A DNA stretch of 64,000 bases from a virus (lineage: Duplodnaviria; Caudoviricetes). Under the pieces are notes generated by a model. That model did no database searches and was not told the origin of the DNA. It worked only from the letters and a program-made list of their open reading frames with translations. Location of the stretch: the IMG/VR virus record IMGVR_UViG_3300026549_000029, positions 64,001-128,000 of that record. The stretch is one strand, 5' to 3'. Shown here piece by piece: positions 59,745 through 64,000 of this stretch; the stretch's first letter is position 1, and every line of letters starts with the position of its first letter. The translations under genes and the position numbers were made by a program.

Positions 59745-60104
59745 ATGTATGATTTTAAATTGTATCAAAAAGTATCACAAAAGTTACAGAAGAAAATGGA
59801 AGATGAATATAATTGGAAAATTGATTCTTATGGGATACTTGATAAGGATGATGGAATATCATTTATAAGATATATAAATACAAAGAATCCATCATCTACA
59901 TTAAATATATATGAAGATGGAGATTGCTATTTAGATGATAAAATTTATTATCCTTCAGCACAAGAAATGGAATTAATTAAAAAGATTATTAGATTAGAAC
60001 TTTCAGATGATAATACTGTGATAAATGAACTTAAGAGGTATGCAAATAATAATAAGGAGAATGAATATGAAAACTATTTTTCTTGTTTTAGAGATATCCA
60101 CTAA
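59745..60104 (+). CDS. hypothetical protein
   Basis: AAGGAG RBS; promoter motif at 59704. Confidence 0.75.
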   Translation: MYDFKLYQKVSQKLQKKMEDEYNWKIDSYGILDKDDGISFIRYINTKNPSSTLNIYEDGDCYLDDKIYYPSAQEMELIKKIIRLELSDDNTVINELKRYANNNKENEYENYFSCFRDIH

Positions 60105-60324
60105 TAATGATGGTAGTAAGAAAAGAAGAGCATTATCTTTCTCTGAAAAGTATAAAGCAATAAATTTTATTACAGAATATGTAAATCATAAATATGATGA
60201 AAAATATATATGTAAACTTAATGATGATGAAAAATATAAAAATAATAATTTATATAAAAGAATTATTACAGAAACTTCTACAATAGAATATTATATAGAG
60301 GAGATTGATTATATAGATGAATAA
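60061..60324 (+). CDS. hypothetical protein
   Basis: AAGGAG just upstream of ATG60061/60067. Confidence 0.7.
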   Translation: MNMKTIFLVLEISTNNDGSKKRRALSFSEKYKAINFITEYVNHKYDEKYICKLNDDEKYKNNNLYKRIITETSTIEYYIEEIDYIDE

Positions 60325-60727
60325 TGAAGTTAGAATTATAATTGCTGGTGGTAGAGAGTTTAATAATTTTGATAGACTTTGTAAATTCTGTGATACAGTA
60401 ATTAGTGGATATAAAACCAAAGATACTATAATAACTATAATATCAGGAAATGCAATTGGAACTGATAGAATGGGAGAAAGATATGCTCAGCTTAGAGGAT
60501 ATAATTTAAAAATTATTCCTGCTGATTGGTTTAAATTAGGAAGATCTGCTGGAATAATTAGAAATAAACAAATGGCAGAATATGCTATTAGCGATAATGC
60601 AAATGGTGTATTAATAGCTTTTTGGAATGGTGCATCTAGAGGTACTGGTAATATGATACAAATAGCAGAATCTTATAAAATGGATGTATTTATAGATACA
60701 TGTGATTATAAAAAGGGAGAAAAATAA
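60317..60727 (+). CDS. SLOG-family (DUF2493/YspA-like) protein
   Basis: IIAGGR.F, SG.A.GTD, PADW...G..AG..RN..M, AFW.G.SRGT. Confidence 0.85.
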   Translation: MNNEVRIIIAGGREFNNFDRLCKFCDTVISGYKTKDTIITIISGNAIGTDRMGERYAQLRGYNLKIIPADWFKLGRSAGIIRNKQMAEYAISDNANGVLIAFWNGASRGTGNMIQIAESYKMDVFIDTCDYKKGEK

Positions 60728-60729
60728 TA

Positions 60730-61344
60730 ATGTTTTTTATTATGAAAAATAATCCTAAATATACATTTACTACTGGATTTTCTGATCAAGGAATTGATCA
60801 TGAAACAACATGTTTTGAAGTAGATGAACTTATTGCTCCTATTATATCAATACTTAATCAAAAAGGATATAAAACAATATATTCTTGTAGTGGTCATTAC
60901 TATAGATATGATATAGATGAAATTGAATTTTATGAAAATAATGATAATGACTTAGAAAAAACTAAAGTAACATTTTTTGATACAGATGATATATATGAAG
61001 ATGAATCTTGGGGAATACCATATATTATGTTTAATCAATGTATTAAATCTATTCCAAATATAGATACTATTCCAGAAGGTTGGTCTGTAAAATATATACC
61101 TACAGATATTAATATACAATTACAATTAAGAGAAAAATATGGTGATATATTTTCTCTTACAAAACCAAATAGATATGAATATAAAATTAGTTTATATTAT
61201 GAAAAAATAAATTCTATAATTAAAAAATGTAGAATGGTAAATAATGAAATTAATATTTATAAATTTTATTCAGAAATTGTAAAAGTAATGAGTAAAATGT
61301 ATAATTGGTGTAATAGTTTAGATGATTATAAAGAAGAGAATTAA
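60730..61344 (+). CDS. Conserved phage protein (LNxKGYxTxxSCSGH motif)
   Basis: EVDELIA.II..LNQKGYKTIYSCSGH. Confidence 0.7.
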   Translation: MFFIMKNNPKYTFTTGFSDQGIDHETTCFEVDELIAPIISILNQKGYKTIYSCSGHYYRYDIDEIEFYENNDNDLEKTKVTFFDTDDIYEDESWGIPYIMFNQCIKSIPNIDTIPEGWSVKYIPTDINIQLQLREKYGDIFSLTKPNRYEYKISLYYEKINSIIKKCRMVNNEINIYKFYSEIVKVMSKMYNWCNSLDDYKEEN

Positions 61345-61418
61345 TTCTCTTCTTTATTTTTTGGATAAGATATTATAATAATGAAGATATTAATAAATTC
61401 TTAAATAGGAGATATATT

Positions 61419-62507
61419 ATGAATAATACTTTTAATTTTGATATTGTGTATAAATCTATTATGAACTATGGTGCTTGTAATAATTGTGAACATTTTAAAG
61501 ATGCATATCAGTCTATGTGTAAAATGGGTGGTATTCCTGGAGAATACTGCATTATAAATGGTGATGAATTTACTAAGAATTTTAATCTTGGTAAATTCAT
61601 CATTTGTGAAGCCAGAGATACGACTGGTAGACTGTATATAAGAACTTTAGATATAGTCAGAGATTATATTCGTAAAGATGGATGGTGGAATATGTTTACA
61701 CTATCTACAAATATAATTGACAAAGAAGGTCTGTGGCTTTGTCAAATAAAAAGATTTACTGTTGACAAAAAAGGATATCCAATGAATATTGTATGTCCTA
61801 TAAAATATATAGGAACAGAAACATTCATAAGAAATAATATGAATGCAATGTTTCTGTTATCAAAAAGTAGGGAATTCGCTTCTTCAAAAGAATTCTCTTG
61901 TATTAATAAGGAGAATGATTATTATACTAATTATGATCCTTATAGAGCTGGTGCTTATGATATTCTTTATGATGGATATCATGAAGAATTATATTGGCTT
62001 AATGAAATAAGACTTGCAAAATATGTATTAAAAGAATATATTGCAGGAAATGTTTCATTACCAGAAATTAATTCAGCTGTCACTGCTAAGTCTATGAAAT
62101 TTTATTGGACTGTAGAGGAGTTCAACAAAAGAATCAATAGATTCTTACACGAAATAGGATATCGAGATGTATATCCTCTTGTATACAAAAAGCTTCAATC
62201 TGGTACATATAAATATGTATCAGATTTCATTAATCATATGATGTATACTTATGATACTTTACTTGATGAAGGTAAAGTAAATGATATAGATTTGTATGAT
62301 TTTACTGATAATCATATGGATCTATTAGATATGATTAATGAGGTTTGCATGTATTATCAAGAGTTATATGCTGGTAAAAAAGAAAAAGAAAAAGCCGAAA
62401 GAAAAAGAAAACGGCTTGAAAGGAGGCAATTAGAAAAAGAAAGAAAACAAAAAGAAAAGGATTACTCCTTTTCTTTTTTATTTTTAAAAGTTAATATTTT
62501 CAATTAG
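61419..62507 (+). CDS. hypothetical protein
   Basis: AGGAG RBS; promoter motif at 61371; N-terminal CxxCxxF; the ORF reads through its apparent terminator. Confidence 0.8.
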   Translation: MNNTFNFDIVYKSIMNYGACNNCEHFKDAYQSMCKMGGIPGEYCIINGDEFTKNFNLGKFIICEARDTTGRLYIRTLDIVRDYIRKDGWWNMFTLSTNIIDKEGLWLCQIKRFTVDKKGYPMNIVCPIKYIGTETFIRNNMNAMFLLSKSREFASSKEFSCINKENDYYTNYDPYRAGAYDILYDGYHEELYWLNEIRLAKYVLKEYIAGNVSLPEINSAVTAKSMKFYWTVEEFNKRINRFLHEIGYRDVYPLVYKKLQSGTYKYVSDFINHMMYTYDTLLDEGKVNDIDLYDFTDNHMDLLDMINEVCMYYQELYAGKKEKEKAERKRKRLERRQLEKERKQKEKDYSFSFLFLKVNIFN

Positions 62508-62524
62508 ATGATATAAAAGTGAAA

Positions 62525-62624
62525 CATAAGTAAGATAGTATAGTTCACATTAGCCTCCAATGTTCTGTTGGTATTTAATTGTTTGAGGATAGATGGAGAA
62601 ACCCCAACAGATATCTTGCTTATG
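62525..62624 (+). ncRNA. Candidate ~100-nt structured RNA or leader
   Basis: CAUAAGUAAGAUA/UAUCUUGCUUAUG closing stem, UCUGUUGG/CCAACAGA inner stem, CUCCA/UGGAG pseudoknot. Confidence 0.5.
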
Positions 62625-62670
62625 ATATTATATATTAACTAATAATTTTTGCTTAGAAAGGTGGAAAAGA

Positions 62671-62880
62671 ATGAGAAAAAAAGTTATGAGGTGTTTCCCT
62701 GATTGGTTTGAAGAACTGTGTTGCAACATTGGGTACGCATGTATCTGCGGATACCTGATTGGAGCTGGAGCAGCTCTTATGGATGTAATTATCCATAGAA
62801 AGTACTGGTTTGACAACAAAGAAAAACAGACTGAAAAGATCGATACATCTGATCCTAACTGCTTCAAAGAAGTAGTTTGA
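62671..62880 (+). CDS. small putative membrane protein
   Basis: AAGGTGG RBS; one hydrophobic segment; terminator 62889-62910. Confidence 0.55.
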   Translation: MRKKVMRCFPDWFEELCCNIGYACICGYLIGAGAALMDVIIHRKYWFDNKEKQTEKIDTSDPNCFKEVV

Positions 62881-62971
62881 TTAGTATGCAGGGGCCTTAT
62901 GGTCCCTGCAAATTTATTTTTTATTTTTTTATTCACTTTATTTTAATAATCATATATTTTGGAGGTATATT

Positions 62972-63985
62972 ATGTCTTATGCAGATACAGTTTTTAAAAA
63001 TACATGTAGGGATATTCTTGAAAATGGTACTGATACACAAGGAGAACTTGTAAGACCAGTATGGCAAGATACAGGAGAAAAAGCTTATACAATAAAGAAA
63101 TTTTCTGTAATTCATAGATATAATCTTTCTAAAGAATTTCCTGCTATTACATTAAGACCAGTTCCTATTAAATCTGCTACAGAAGAACTTCTTTGGATTT
63201 ATCAAAAGAAATCAAATAATATTAATGATTTTAAACTCCATATTTGGGATTCTTGGGCAGATTCTAATGGTTCCATTGGTAAAGCCTATGGATATCAGAT
63301 TAAACAGAAATATGCTCATCATAAAATAGCATCATCTGATGAATTAAAATTTGGAAAAGATGATGTTAAATTTTATAATTATATTCATGATTATTTTTCA
63401 AATATTGATATAAAAACTTATCCTTCTTCAGAAATTTATTATGAACAAAAAATAAATGATGATAATAAACGTTCAATTGTAGCATATCTTATGCTTGATC
63501 AGATTGATGCAGTGATCTGGGATCTGAAAAATAATCCATATTCTAGAAGAATTATGACCAATACTTATAATTTTAAAGATCTTCATGAAATGAATCTTTA
63601 TCCTTGTGCATATGAAATGAAATATAATGTTACTAAAGATAAAGAAACTGGAAAACTTGTTCTTAATGGAATTCTTATTCAGAGATCTCAGGATGTATTA
63701 GCAGCATTAGCATGGAATGAAGTTCAGTATGCTGTACTTCTTCATATAATTGCTCAGTGTTGTGATATGATTCCTGGTGAATTTGTTCATGAGATTACAG
63801 ATTGTCATATTTATGATAGGCATGTTCCTATTATTAAAGAACTTATTGAAAGAGAAGAATATCCTGCACCTAAGTTTTGGTTAAATCCTGATATTCATAA
63901 TTTCTATGATTTTACTAAAAATGATGTAAAATTAATTGATTATAAACATGGACCGCAGATTGAATATATTCCTATTGCAGTATAA
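62972..63985 (+). CDS. thyA: Thymidylate synthase
   Basis: EELLW, IWDSWAD, G.AYGYQ, SRR, LYPC, QRSQD, HIYDRH, terminal IPIAV. Confidence 0.95.
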   Translation: MSYADTVFKNTCRDILENGTDTQGELVRPVWQDTGEKAYTIKKFSVIHRYNLSKEFPAITLRPVPIKSATEELLWIYQKKSNNINDFKLHIWDSWADSNGSIGKAYGYQIKQKYAHHKIASSDELKFGKDDVKFYNYIHDYFSNIDIKTYPSSEIYYEQKINDDNKRSIVAYLMLDQIDAVIWDLKNNPYSRRIMTNTYNFKDLHEMNLYPCAYEMKYNVTKDKETGKLVLNGILIQRSQDVLAALAWNEVQYAVLLHIIAQCCDMIPGEFVHEITDCHIYDRHVPIIKELIEREEYPAPKFWLNPDIHNFYDFTKNDVKLIDYKHGPQIEYIPIAV

Positions 63986-64000
63986 TAATAATAGGAGGAT

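Noticed and set aside
2948-63115. Many antisense or overlapping track ORFs (e.g. 2948-3292, 24821-25261, 27667-28185, 48081-48665, 52585-53103, 34936-35124)
   Set aside because: These are shadow frames of real genes or of non-coding DNA, with I/F/S-biased composition and no RBS.
1-64000. Stop-codon reassignment (alternative genetic code), as seen in some gut phages
   Set aside because: Long core genes are uninterrupted in code 11. The breaks in gyrB and pol are explained by introns, and TAA, TAG and TGA all end genes at sensible positions.

Overview
A very AT-rich 64-kb segment of a jumbo tailed phage of the phiKZ/AR9-like type, which carries two multisubunit RNA polymerases. The host is most likely a Firmicute (Clostridia/Lachnospiraceae-like, judged from the CHAP-SH3 endolysin and AAGGAG ribosome-binding sites). 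It encodes a RecD/Dda-like helicase, gyrB/gyrA, two split RNAP subunits (a beta C-terminal fragment and a beta' C-terminal subunit), two SF2 helicases, a divergent family-B DNA polymerase, a tyrosine recombinase, repeat-built tail-fibre-like genes, baseplate/virion genes, a bacterial PARG, an HNH endonuclease and thyA. Features missed by the ORF track: (1) three ORF-less group I introns, two in tandem in the DNA polymerase gene isolating a 10-nt micro-exon that carries the conserved 'YG' of motif B, and one in gyrB whose splice junction appears non-canonical (probable terminal A); (2) two phage promoter classes, TATTATA-N4-TGA (11 exact intergenic copies) and an AR9-like AAC(A/T)-N6-TA, the latter twice embedded in RBS-masking hairpins; (3) several candidate structured ncRNAs starting at these promoters; (4) a recombinase / structured repeat / helicase with hypervariable 8-unit array / repeat cassette; (5) a palindrome-rich ~950-bp non-coding region (candidate origin); (6) several disrupted genes. 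All family assignments are motif recognition by eye; no database search was run.
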